Origin: Cyanobium sp.
Lineage (GTDB): Bacteria > Cyanobacteriota > Cyanobacteriia > PCC-6307 > Cyanobiaceae
Direction of reading: 5' to 3'
DNA length: 40,208 nucleotides
Assembly: GCA_044352805.1 (NCBI GenBank)
Contig: JBILDB010000001.1
Span: 1-40,208, forward strand
The position numbers and the translations under genes are program-made. Position 1 is the stretch's first letter; each line of letters begins with the position of its first letter. Positions 8,481 to 18,029 of this stretch are shown here, piece by piece. A model generated the notes under the pieces. It was not told the origin of the DNA. It did no database searches and saw only the letters and a program-made list of their open reading frames with translations.

Positions 8481-9584
8481 ATGGCTATGTTGACTAAGCG
8501 AGCTGCCCACTTTCTTTTGATTCCTGAACTTCTTTATTCGCCTCCCAATCGCGCCATAATTGAAGCACTAATTTCTAGTGGTTATGAAGTTCATGTCTTT
8601 TCTCCTAATTTGACATCTTCATCTACAGAGTATGGCCCAAGGGTAATTACCCATACTGCTAGTTATTCATTTCGTTGGGTTGCGAAAGTCATCTTCCAGC
8701 CTTTTTGGTGGAGTGTCAGTTGCATCTCTGGAACGAGTGAAGAGCCTTTGGCTGTCGTAGGTCTTTTGGCATATATACTCAAAAAGAAATCATTTATTTT
8801 GGCCGACGAAATTAAGGCAGGTAGTTATAGGGGGAATAGTTCAGAAAGATGGAAAATGTTATGTCGCTGGGCCATGAAAAAGGCAAAATTTAATATAGTC
8901 AATGATCAATCGCGAGTTTCGCTGCTTCGTGAATACGTGCCATTATCATCTCAATCCCAAATTATTGTGTATCCAGGCTGTTTTCATCAACCTCCAGATC
9001 CGTCAGGTGAGTTTCGAAAAGAACTTCGTCAACATTGGCAGATTCCTGATAAGGCACTTGTAGTTGCATCATCTGGGGGCTTCAATTTGACAGCAGGTGC
9101 GGATTGGCTTATTAAAGCACTTCAAGATCGTCCTGAACTGTATGCGGTAATTCAACCCTTGGGAGTTGATCCACTCGCTCTTTTTCTATTAGAGAATATC
9201 CCTTCTATAGACCGTGTTTTCCTACAGCGTGATCGGCTTAGCTGGAATGAGGCATGGCGCTCTGCTGTTGGCTTCGACATTGGCTTGGCCATATATACTA
9301 ACCAAGCGCCACAATTCCAAAAAATGGGAATCAGCTCGAATCGATTGTGTATGTTTATTGCTATGGGGGTTCCGGTTATATGTAGTAGGCAGGACAGCTT
9401 TGCCTTTGTGTCTAGTTATGAGTGTGGTGTAGTTGTTTCTGATTACACAGAGTTTCTGGAGGCCATCTCATATATTAGTTCTAACCTCACCCAGATGCGC
9501 GAGAACTGTAGACGTTGCTTTCATGACTACATCATGCCTACCGATCGATTCCCAGCCTTAAGCAGAGCGATCGATTCCCTGTAG
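8481..9584 (+). CDS. Divergent GT-B (GT4-like) glycosyltransferase
   Basis: C-terminal DIGLAIY...ISSNRLCMFIAMGVPVI...CGVVV pattern of GT-B donor-binding domains, and position within the GT run. Confidence 0.65.
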   Translation: MAMLTKRAAHFLLIPELLYSPPNRAIIEALISSGYEVHVFSPNLTSSSTEYGPRVITHTASYSFRWVAKVIFQPFWWSVSCISGTSEEPLAVVGLLAYILKKKSFILADEIKAGSYRGNSSERWKMLCRWAMKKAKFNIVNDQSRVSLLREYVPLSSQSQIIVYPGCFHQPPDPSGEFRKELRQHWQIPDKALVVASSGGFNLTAGADWLIKALQDRPELYAVIQPLGVDPLALFLLENIPSIDRVFLQRDRLSWNEAWRSAVGFDIGLAIYTNQAPQFQKMGISSNRLCMFIAMGVPVICSRQDSFAFVSSYECGVVVSDYTEFLEAISYISSNLTQMRENCRRCFHDYIMPTDRFPALSRAIDSL

Positions 9585-9624
9585 CAACCATGAACGTTTC
9601 TAGTTGCTTTTGTTTTTTTCTACC

Positions 9625-10518
9625 ATGACTAAGCCCAACTTTAATTTTTACTTATATCGTTTTTGCCTGGCGAGTGTTCACGCCGCTAAACGACTCATTC
9701 CTATTAAGCTGATGCCTCACCGGCTTGCTTTGGGCGGAAAATTTGTTATTGGTATTACAACCTACGTCGAGCGTTATGATGATTATTTTAAGCCTCTTTA
9801 TGAGTCCCTTTCTTATCTGTTTCCTGATGTCCCGATCGTCGTAACAGTTAATGGTTTCCCGGATTCACATAAGCAGCATGAGTACCTTACGAGGCTTCAA
9901 TCGGAATTATGTGATAAGGCTCCATCGCATCATACTTTTGTGCTTCATGATCGCCCGTGTGGATTGACAACTCTATGGAATGAAATGCTGCAGGCAGCTG
10001 GGACTAAACCTCTTTGGATCCTGAATGATGATCTACGTGTAGATTCTTGGATCAGGCGTTGGGCGGAAAAGTTTAACTGGAATAACGTTAGTCTTACCCT
10101 TTTAAATGATACCTGGTCTCATTTTATTATTGCTGCTAAAGTTGTTGATAAAGTTGGCGTTTTCGAGCCTTCATTTCTGGGAATAGGCTTTGAGGATATG
10201 GATTACACGGCCCGTTCTGGTCTTGCGGGAGTCGCAATTAGCAACATTCTTTGCCCTTATCTGCATCACTGCAATCATCAACCTAAGAACACTTCGTTTG
10301 ACGATGTTTCAGGCCGTACTTGGGGTAAATATACGACCGCCAATGAGGAATGTTTTTATCGTCTCTGGGCTATATCTTCTGACGGCGAAGGGGTTTATAT
10401 TAAGCAGATTCGTGGTTTTGTTAAACCTATTAAGCCTCTTTCTCCTGTCTCTTTGTCCTCATTAAAGCCCCTTCAAGTTCAACAGGGTTTGTCTTTCCCA
10501 GATCGCCAGTTTTCATGA
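9625..10518 (+). CDS. Divergent GT2-like glycosyltransferase
   Basis: Motifs IGITTY, GLTTLWN, WILNDD and VGVFEPSFLGIGFEDMDY. ATG 9625 is preferred over TTG 9604. Confidence 0.65.
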   Translation: MTKPNFNFYLYRFCLASVHAAKRLIPIKLMPHRLALGGKFVIGITTYVERYDDYFKPLYESLSYLFPDVPIVVTVNGFPDSHKQHEYLTRLQSELCDKAPSHHTFVLHDRPCGLTTLWNEMLQAAGTKPLWILNDDLRVDSWIRRWAEKFNWNNVSLTLLNDTWSHFIIAAKVVDKVGVFEPSFLGIGFEDMDYTARSGLAGVAISNILCPYLHHCNHQPKNTSFDDVSGRTWGKYTTANEECFYRLWAISSDGEGVYIKQIRGFVKPIKPLSPVSLSSLKPLQVQQGLSFPDRQFS

Positions 10519-11834
10519 AGATCCTGTTCTTTGCCCCCTCTGCTTACCTCCTCGGCGGAGTGCAAGACTGGCTGGCTGATCTGGTGCCAGGTATCAGGCG
10601 AGAGGGTCATGATGTTACTGTTGCTGTACCGGACGGAGTGTTTCATTGCTTTGAATCTTATCGAAAAGCATATCCCGAGTTGGCTTGTATTAGTTTGCGA
10701 AATCCGACAGGTAGTCAGGAAGGTAGAATTCAGTGCATCCTAAATTGTATAGATTTAGTTAAGCCTGAATTGATCGTCGGTGTCAATATAGCGGCACTTT
10801 ATCCTGCAGTAGCAAGGCTACGGCTACTTGGAGGCCTGGTTGGGAAATTGATTATCACGCTTCATGCCATTGAGGCTGATTATCTCGAAGATCTGCGTCA
10901 GTTTCGCTCTATTATTGATGCAGTTGTGGTTACGAACAAGCTTACTGGTGCTTTAGTTGCCCAGGAGTCATTAATACCAAATGAAAGGATTTTGTACGCT
11001 CCTTACGGTGTCAAAATGTCAACACCCAAGTTGCCACTGCCCATGTCGGATGATCTTTTGCGAATTGCCTGGGTGGGGCGTTTTGAGCAAACTCAAAAGC
11101 GTGTTCATGATCTTGTATCAATACTTAAGCGGCTGGATAGCATCTCTATTCCATTTTGTTTATCCTTGGCTGGTGATGGCCCTGAAGCGACCAGCCTTCG
11201 GGAACAGCTTGAACCCTGGATTCGTACTGACCAGGTACGCTGGCTGGGTCGCCTGGATAGGCATCAACTTCAGCATCAAGTTTATGATCAGAGTGACGTG
11301 TTGTTGATCACTTCTAGCTGGGAAACGGGCCCGATTGTGGCTTGGGAGGCCATCGCTGCTGGTCTTGTAGTTGTGAGCAGTCGTTATGTGGGTTCCGGAG
11401 CTGAAGGGGCCCTAAAAGATGGGCAAACTGCCCTTTTGTTTTCTGTAGGTGACTGCGAAGCGGCAGCCTCGGCACTTGCCAAGCTCCTCGATTCCAACTT
11501 GCGAGCGTCTTTGGCTGACTCAGCTCTCGAGATGGTTCGCAATCGGTATTCGGATTCAGCTTCTTTGGCAGCCTGGCTAAAAGTTTTTAGTATAAGCATG
11601 GAACTTCCTCCCCTGCCTTTGGACTACGCCGGGTTCGGGCGATTTTCGGCCACTGTTCCCAGTGGAAGGTTTGATAGCTGGCTTGGTGTTACAAGGGCTG
11701 AGTACCTCCGCCGTTTTCTTGGTCTCAATTTTCGCCATCTTTCAGCGGGGAGCGAATGGCCCCATTCCCTGCATGGAGCCGGTGACAATAGTCGTCTGTT
11801 CTCCAGGGCCACTCAGCTTGAATCCCATGCGTGA
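10515..11834 (+). CDS. Glycosyltransferase family 4
   Basis: Motifs MKILFFAP..LGGVQ, WVGRFEQTQKR, LAGDGPE and SSWETGPIVAWEAIAAG. ATGA overlap with the upstream gene. Confidence 0.9.
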   Translation: MKILFFAPSAYLLGGVQDWLADLVPGIRREGHDVTVAVPDGVFHCFESYRKAYPELACISLRNPTGSQEGRIQCILNCIDLVKPELIVGVNIAALYPAVARLRLLGGLVGKLIITLHAIEADYLEDLRQFRSIIDAVVVTNKLTGALVAQESLIPNERILYAPYGVKMSTPKLPLPMSDDLLRIAWVGRFEQTQKRVHDLVSILKRLDSISIPFCLSLAGDGPEATSLREQLEPWIRTDQVRWLGRLDRHQLQHQVYDQSDVLLITSSWETGPIVAWEAIAAGLVVVSSRYVGSGAEGALKDGQTALLFSVGDCEAAASALAKLLDSNLRASLADSALEMVRNRYSDSASLAAWLKVFSISMELPPLPLDYAGFGRFSATVPSGRFDSWLGVTRAEYLRRFLGLNFRHLSAGSEWPHSLHGAGDNSRLFSRATQLESHA

Positions 11835-12834
11835 ACAACTAGGCGTTTGGTTAAAGGACCGTTGGCGTTACGAGAGGGCCCTGCGTAGTTCTACCCCTGA
11901 GTACCTAGCTCTCACTAATCGCATGGAGCGCCTGGAAAGAGCGCCTGATGGCACAGGTTTCTACTGCCGTTGGCCCTATACCTCTAGGTTGCATGCCCCT
12001 AAATTCCAACCCAATCTTGGTCAGAGGCTATTGCGTCGCTGCCTTGAGCACGCTCCGATTAGGTGCGCTCCAACCCGGCCTGCCTCCCCATCGCTTCCGG
12101 AAATCAGCGTTTTGATCGGACATCGCGGCCGCGAGAGACTGCCACTGCTGTTAGCGACCCTAGCCAGCTTGGCAGCCCAGCAGGATGTCCACCTTGAGTG
12201 TCTTGTGATTGAGCAGGCGGCTGTCTCCGAGATTGCCAACGATTTACCGGACTGGGTCCGCCATGTCATGGCCCCATTAGCGGAAGCTTCAGCACCCTAT
12301 AACCGATCCCAGACTTTCAATGTAGGCGCTCGCAAGGCCTTGGGTACGACTTTGTTGTTGCATGACAATGACATGTTGGTGCCAGCCGGTTATTGTCGGC
12401 GCATTCTTGAGCGCCGCGGGAGGGGGTATGAAGTGATCAATCCTAAACGTTATATCTTTTATCTCACTGAGAGCCATAGTAAAAACGTCCAGAAAGGACT
12501 TGTGGGATATGATACTTTGCCTCCTGATTATATCGTGCAGAACCTTGAGGCTGGTGGTAGTATGGCCATAAGTGCCAGGGGTTTTGAGGCTATTGGAGGA
12601 ATGGACGAAGGTTTTGTTGGTTGGGGCGGAGAAGACAATGAGTTTTGGGATCGTTGCCTCACGCTTCCCACTTGGATTTGGGGTTATGAGCCAATTGTCC
12701 ATCTTTGGCACCGCAGTCAACCGCTTAAGGATGACTTGGAAAACCCCAACATTCTTCGATGTAGAGAAATCATGCAACGCTCTGCTGGGGATCGAATAGC
12801 GGCTCTTAACTCATCGAGAGGGACCTTGCTTTGA
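11827..12834 (+). CDS. GT2 / galactosyltransferase (GT7C-like) glycosyltransferase
   Basis: Motifs ISVLIGHRG, YNRSQTFNVGA, LHDND and IGGMDEGFVGWGGEDNEF. ATG 11827 overlaps the upstream stop and is preferred over 11662. Confidence 0.85.
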   Translation: MREQLGVWLKDRWRYERALRSSTPEYLALTNRMERLERAPDGTGFYCRWPYTSRLHAPKFQPNLGQRLLRRCLEHAPIRCAPTRPASPSLPEISVLIGHRGRERLPLLLATLASLAAQQDVHLECLVIEQAAVSEIANDLPDWVRHVMAPLAEASAPYNRSQTFNVGARKALGTTLLLHDNDMLVPAGYCRRILERRGRGYEVINPKRYIFYLTESHSKNVQKGLVGYDTLPPDYIVQNLEAGGSMAISARGFEAIGGMDEGFVGWGGEDNEFWDRCLTLPTWIWGYEPIVHLWHRSQPLKDDLENPNILRCREIMQRSAGDRIAALNSSRGTLL

Positions 12835-13841
12835 CTAGAGAGATCGTCCATGGCGGGCCGCTAGTTAGCACTGTGATTCCCGTATACAACCGGGCTAGTC
12901 TCTTGATCGATTCTGTTGATAGTGTTATTAACCAAACTTACAGACCCATAGAGATCATTATTGTAGATGATGGTTCTACTGATGAAACTCCCAATGTTAT
13001 GGCTGATTTATTTCGTCGCTGGCCCGACCTGGTGAAGGTGGTTCGTCAGGCAAATGCTGGTCCTGGACCGGCTCGACAACATGGTCTTGAGCTTGCAAGG
13101 GGGGATTTCGTACAGTTTCTTGACAGCGATGATTTGCTACTGCCTGAAAAGTTTCGTTACCAGGTTGCTGCACTGCTAGCTAATCCAGAGGCTCAAATTT
13201 GCTACGGTCGCAGTTATGAAGAAAATTATCTTAACCAACCGCTCCGACGTGTTGGTCCTATGCGCCAGACCGGACGGTTCCATCGGCATTTATTCCCGTT
13301 GTTGCTCGTTGAACGTTGGTGGACCACGAGTAGCCCCCTATACCGGCGGAGTCTGCTCGAACGCATTGGCCCTTGGCGGGCTTGGCTCAATGAGGAGGAC
13401 TGGGAGTATGACGCCCGTGCGGGTGCAACTGGGGCTTCTCTTTGCTGGGTGAACGAAGACGTTTCCGTTAGGCGTATCCATTTGGCTTCAGAGCATCTCA
13501 GTACGGGTGGTACAGAGGATCCCCGCAAACTTCTTGATCGTGCTTCAGCTCGCCAATCTATTTTTCTATCAGCGATTGCAGCTGGAATGGACAGGCGCAA
13601 GCCCGAAATGGCCCATTTCGCCCGTTCGGCTTTTCTGTTGAGTCGCCAATGTGGTTTGGCTGGATTAGAAAGTGCCTCCAAGGACCTTTTTACTTTGGCC
13701 AGACGTGCATCGACGCCTGTCCGTCGAATTGGCCCCGATTATCTTATCTATGGCATTCTAGGGAATCTTTGGGGTTGGTCGAATGCGGCACGACTCATCC
13801 TTTCCGGTTATAGATTGTTAACGCTGCGGAGGGGCAGCTGA
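12831..13841 (+). CDS. Glycosyltransferase family 2
   Basis: Motifs VSTVIPVYNR, IVDDGSTD, NAGPGPARQHG, FLDSDD and EEDWEY. Confidence 0.92.
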   Translation: MTREIVHGGPLVSTVIPVYNRASLLIDSVDSVINQTYRPIEIIIVDDGSTDETPNVMADLFRRWPDLVKVVRQANAGPGPARQHGLELARGDFVQFLDSDDLLLPEKFRYQVAALLANPEAQICYGRSYEENYLNQPLRRVGPMRQTGRFHRHLFPLLLVERWWTTSSPLYRRSLLERIGPWRAWLNEEDWEYDARAGATGASLCWVNEDVSVRRIHLASEHLSTGGTEDPRKLLDRASARQSIFLSAIAAGMDRRKPEMAHFARSAFLLSRQCGLAGLESASKDLFTLARRASTPVRRIGPDYLIYGILGNLWGWSNAARLILSGYRLLTLRRGS

Positions 13842-14758
13842 TGCTTGAATCCCCCCTGGTGTCTGTGGTCATGGGCGTCCGCAACGGTGGACCTGATCTT
13901 GCTGATACCCTGGAGTCCTTGACCACCCAGCAGGGAGTGGACTTTGAAATCATCGTCGTCAATGACGGTTCCACAGATGGCACTGCCGAACTGCTTGCTG
14001 ACTGGTCCACTCGAGATCCGCGTTTGGTGGTGCTGCAGCGATCTGGGCGTGGTCTTACCGCTTCCTTGATTGAAGGGTGTCAGCTGGCCCGTGGGACTTA
14101 CCTTGCCCGCCAAGATTCTGGGGACCGGTCTCTACCAGGTCGTCTTGCAGCCCAGGTTGCCTGTCTTAAGGCTGATCCCGAAGCGTCACTTTGCTCCACT
14201 TTTGTGCGTCTGCTGGTGCCCGAAGGTGCCACACTTACAGTCAACGAGCCCGATGAGGCCTCCCTGGCCGATGGTTTGACTGGTCCTGCTCATCACGGTG
14301 CAGTAATGATGCTCCGAAGTGCCTACGAGCAAGTAGGGGGATATCGACTTGCTTTTCATTATGCCCAAGACATTGATTTATGGACCAGGCTTGTTGAGTT
14401 AGGTCGCCATAGAATTGTACCTCATATTCTATATGAAGCCACGGTGGCTTCTTCTTCCATTAGTGGTTCCCGCCGTAAAGAGCAAGAGGAATTTCATTCC
14501 TATATTGTTAATCTCACCCATGCCCGCCGCCAGGGTTTATCGGAATCTTCGTGGTTGGCTAAGGCTGAATCCCTTTCGGTCAAGTGCAAGAATTCGCCCG
14601 CTAAAGGGCGGCGGCAAGGGGCTGCGAATGGCGCTTATTTTATAGCCGCTTGCCTTCAGAAAGATCATCCCCAGTTAGCCGCCAAGTATTACAGGCAGGC
14701 TCTCGACCTCAATCCACTCCATATGAAGGCCCGTTTCAAACTTTTCAGTCTGCGATGA
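13841..14758 (+). CDS. Glycosyltransferase family 2 with C-terminal TPR-like helix
   Basis: Motifs VSVVMGVRNG, VNDGSTD, ARQDSGD and YAQDIDLW. C-terminal AAKYYRQALDLNP is TPR-like. Confidence 0.9.
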   Translation: MLESPLVSVVMGVRNGGPDLADTLESLTTQQGVDFEIIVVNDGSTDGTAELLADWSTRDPRLVVLQRSGRGLTASLIEGCQLARGTYLARQDSGDRSLPGRLAAQVACLKADPEASLCSTFVRLLVPEGATLTVNEPDEASLADGLTGPAHHGAVMMLRSAYEQVGGYRLAFHYAQDIDLWTRLVELGRHRIVPHILYEATVASSSISGSRRKEQEEFHSYIVNLTHARRQGLSESSWLAKAESLSVKCKNSPAKGRRQGAANGAYFIAACLQKDHPQLAAKYYRQALDLNPLHMKARFKLFSLR

Positions 14759-16830
14759 ATCTCACCGTCGCCATTCCAAGTTACGGCCGCGATCAGGTCT
14801 TAGTGGAGACGATTGAGGCCCTTTTGGCCCTCGATCCACCAACCTTTGATCTTCTTTTGGTCGATCAGACACCGAAGCACGATGCCCCTACCGAAGCGGC
14901 TTTAAGCGACTGGCAGCGGCAGGGACGGCTGCGTTGGTTAAGGCTACAGCGGCCCTCCATCACCATGGCCATGAATGTGGCCCTTGAACAGGCGATAGGA
15001 GAGAGGGTGCTATTTCTTGATGATGACATTATTCCTGATCCCTGTGTCCTCAATGCTCATGTCGAAGCTGGGCTGCGAACTCCAAATGCTTTATTAGCTG
15101 GAAGAGTCATTCAGCCTTGGCATACGGATGAACCGGAGCCAGAGGATAAACAGCCCTTCACTTTCAATACACTTCAGCCTCGTGAGTGCCTTGATTTTAT
15201 TGGTTGCAATTTTTCTTTGCCACGAAAGCTGGCATTGTCATTGGGTGGTTTTGACGATAACTTTGTGCGCGTTGCCTATCGTTATGAGGCAGAGTTTGCT
15301 TTTCGCTGGCGTCAAGCAGGTTTTCCGGTTCGTTACGAGCCCTCAGCCCTGATTCGCCATCTCAAGACCGAACGGGGTGGAACGCGCAGTTATGGAGAAC
15401 ATCTTTCAACGATTAAGCCCGATCATGCCGTCGGTCGTTACTACTATCGGTTTTGCACCCAATCTTTTAGCCAGGCCTTGGCAGGTTCATTGGCTGATCT
15501 GGGGCGATCGGTGCGGACTCGTTATCATCTTCGTCATCCTTGGTGGATCCCGCTGACCCTGTTGGCCGAGATCCGCGGATTTTTCTGGGCCCTAAATCTT
15601 CATTCCAGGGGCCCGGCCCTGCTGCCTTCAGAGCGAACCCGTCTTTTGATTGCCAGCAGTCATCCGATCCAATACCACTCACCCCTGTTCCGGCAGCTCA
15701 GTGACGATCCCGTCATTGACGCCGATGTGCTTTATCTCACCTTGCCTTCTGCCAAAACCCAAGGGTTGGGTTTTGGCAAAGCCTTTACCTGGGATGTACC
15801 TCTGCTGGACGGCTATCGCTGGCATCAAGCCACCAGTGGTCGCGGTCTCGGCATTACCAGTGGTTACCGCGGCGTTTGGCTCCGTCATCCAGGCAAAGAA
15901 CTGGGCTGGGGACCTCACGGTGATCGTCCTAAGGTTTTGCTCTTGACAGGGTGGCATTTTTTAGGCCTGGTTCAGTTATTTCTGGCAGCAAAACTAAGGC
16001 GAATACCAGTCTTGTTAAGGATGGATTCTAATGATTTTCGCCCTCGATCCTGGATTCTAAATTTGATTTATGCCGTACTATTCAAGGGGGTTGATGGGGT
16101 GCTTACGGTTGGCTCTGCCAATGCTCGTTGGTGCCAACTTAATGGCATTCCGCCTTCACGAATGGTGTCTTCCCCCCATTTTGTTGATAATAATTATTTT
16201 GTAGATAAGGCCGCCACATTTCGCCTTCAAGCTCAGGAATTACGCAGTCGATGGCAAATCCCATCGGATGCATTCTGTTTCCTCTTTGCGGGTAAGTTTC
16301 AGTCCAAAAAGCGACCTCAAGATCTTCTTGACGCATTTGCTTTGGTCCAGGCTCAAGGTATTCTTCAGGGCCGTCCTTTGCATCTCCTCATGGTCGGGAC
16401 TGGTGAGATGGAGGCTAGTTGTCGCAGCCGAGCTGAGGCTTTAAAGCTGCCTATTTCATTCGTGGGCTTTCTTAATCAATCCGAGATTCCTAGTGCATAT
16501 GCCGTTTGTGATTGCCTTGTGCTCCCGTCAGACCATGGTGAAAGCTGGGGGCTTGTTGTGAATGAGGCAATGGCCTGTGGCCTTCCTGCCATTGTCAGCG
16601 ATCTTGTTGGCTGCGCCGAGGATCTGGTCCATCCCGGAGTCACGGGTGATGTCGTGCCTTGTGCAAATCCGAAAGCCCTTGCCCAAAGTCTGATCGCCAT
16701 GGCGGCAAACCCCGAACGGGCTGCGCGCATGGGAGACAATGCCCGTGAATTGGTGCTTACCAAATACACTACTGAGGCTGCTGCAGAGGGCATTCGCAAT
16801 GGACTGTTGCTGCTGCGATGCCGGCGATGA
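14755..16830 (+). CDS. Bifunctional GT2-GT4 fusion glycosyltransferase
   Basis: N-terminal domain has VAIPSYGR, VDQT, FLDDDI and GGFDDNF. C-terminal domain has SHPIQY, FAGKFQSKKRP and ESWGLVVNEAMACG. ATG 14755 (ATGA overlap) is preferred over 14650. Confidence 0.88.
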   Translation: MNLTVAIPSYGRDQVLVETIEALLALDPPTFDLLLVDQTPKHDAPTEAALSDWQRQGRLRWLRLQRPSITMAMNVALEQAIGERVLFLDDDIIPDPCVLNAHVEAGLRTPNALLAGRVIQPWHTDEPEPEDKQPFTFNTLQPRECLDFIGCNFSLPRKLALSLGGFDDNFVRVAYRYEAEFAFRWRQAGFPVRYEPSALIRHLKTERGGTRSYGEHLSTIKPDHAVGRYYYRFCTQSFSQALAGSLADLGRSVRTRYHLRHPWWIPLTLLAEIRGFFWALNLHSRGPALLPSERTRLLIASSHPIQYHSPLFRQLSDDPVIDADVLYLTLPSAKTQGLGFGKAFTWDVPLLDGYRWHQATSGRGLGITSGYRGVWLRHPGKELGWGPHGDRPKVLLLTGWHFLGLVQLFLAAKLRRIPVLLRMDSNDFRPRSWILNLIYAVLFKGVDGVLTVGSANARWCQLNGIPPSRMVSSPHFVDNNYFVDKAATFRLQAQELRSRWQIPSDAFCFLFAGKFQSKKRPQDLLDAFALVQAQGILQGRPLHLLMVGTGEMEASCRSRAEALKLPISFVGFLNQSEIPSAYAVCDCLVLPSDHGESWGLVVNEAMACGLPAIVSDLVGCAEDLVHPGVTGDVVPCANPKALAQSLIAMAANPERAARMGDNARELVLTKYTTEAAAEGIRNGLLLLRCRR

Positions 16831-18029
16831 CCTTGTCATCCTTTGGCCCCCAGGCCCTCAAAGTTCTTCATGTGATTCCCTCCATCAGCCCTCGCCGTGG
16901 GGGACCGAGTCAGGCAGCGATTGAGATGGTGAATGCCCTGAGATTGCGGCAAGTCGACGCCTCCATCTTGACAACTAATGACGATTGTGAGTCACTGTTG
17001 ACAGATTTGCCAATTGGGGCTTGGACAACTTATGCTGGGGTGCCCGTTCTCGCTTTTCCGCGTTGGAATCCGCCAATTGGGGTTTTGAAAGAATACATCT
17101 TTAGTTCTCGCTTAAATCGATGGCTTCCTAGTAACATACGTAACTTTGATCTTATCCATGTCCATGCGTTGTTTTCTTACCCCTCTACAGTTGCCATGAT
17201 GCACGCCCGTCGGGCCCGTATCCCGTATCTGTTGAGGACAATTGGTCAGCTCAGTCCTTGGAGCCTTGCTCAAAGCAAACTACGCAAACAGTTTATGCTT
17301 AAACTGGTAGAGAGACGTAATCTAGATGCTGCAAGCCTTTTGCATTTTACGACTACTCGAGAGCGGGATGAATGTTTTACTGCATTTAGCCAGTCCTTCC
17401 CCTCTCTAGTTCTTCCCCTCGGCGTACGCCTGCCTCCCCTTCTACCGCAAACCAAACCTAAGAGGGAGGGCCTTCGTCTTTTATTCCTGTCTCGTCTCCA
17501 TCCAAAAAAGCAACTGGAAGTGCTTTTGAAGGCCCTTGCTTTGTTTCAGTCGGATTACCCTCAGGGCATTTGGCAGCTTGATATTGCGGGCTCTGGTGAG
17601 CCCGCTTACTTAGCAAGCCTTCAAAAATTAGCAGGTCAGCTTAATCTTTCTCACCGTTGTCGTTGGTTGGGTCATGTCCAAGGTGATGCTAAGACTTCTT
17701 TGTTGCAGCAGGCCGATTGGTTTTTGTTACCATCAGCAGCAGAGAATTTCGGCATCGCTGTCGTAGAGGCAATGGCGGCAGGCACTCCTGTGATCGTCTC
17801 CCCCCAGGTGGCTGTTGCAGATTTGATTGTGGGTGCCGGAGCCGGCTTAGTCTGTCCCAGCGATCCTGCATCTCTCTGTAAGGTTCTACTCAAGCACTAC
17901 CAGGGCCCCAGTTCAGCCATGAGAATGGCAGCTCGATCCTTAGCGGAAACCACTTTTTCTTGGAGTTCAGTCGCGGATCAACTTGAATCTCGCTATCGGC
18001 AAATTCTTCACCCTCTTGCCATTCAATGA
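16827..18029 (+). CDS. Glycosyltransferase family 4
   Basis: Motifs KVLHVIPSISPRRGGPS, LFLSRLHPKKQL and ENFGIAVVEAMAAGTPV. ATG 16827 (ATGA overlap) or 16818. Confidence 0.92.
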   Translation: MTLSSFGPQALKVLHVIPSISPRRGGPSQAAIEMVNALRLRQVDASILTTNDDCESLLTDLPIGAWTTYAGVPVLAFPRWNPPIGVLKEYIFSSRLNRWLPSNIRNFDLIHVHALFSYPSTVAMMHARRARIPYLLRTIGQLSPWSLAQSKLRKQFMLKLVERRNLDAASLLHFTTTRERDECFTAFSQSFPSLVLPLGVRLPPLLPQTKPKREGLRLLFLSRLHPKKQLEVLLKALALFQSDYPQGIWQLDIAGSGEPAYLASLQKLAGQLNLSHRCRWLGHVQGDAKTSLLQQADWFLLPSAAENFGIAVVEAMAAGTPVIVSPQVAVADLIVGAGAGLVCPSDPASLCKVLLKHYQGPSSAMRMAARSLAETTFSWSSVADQLESRYRQILHPLAIQ

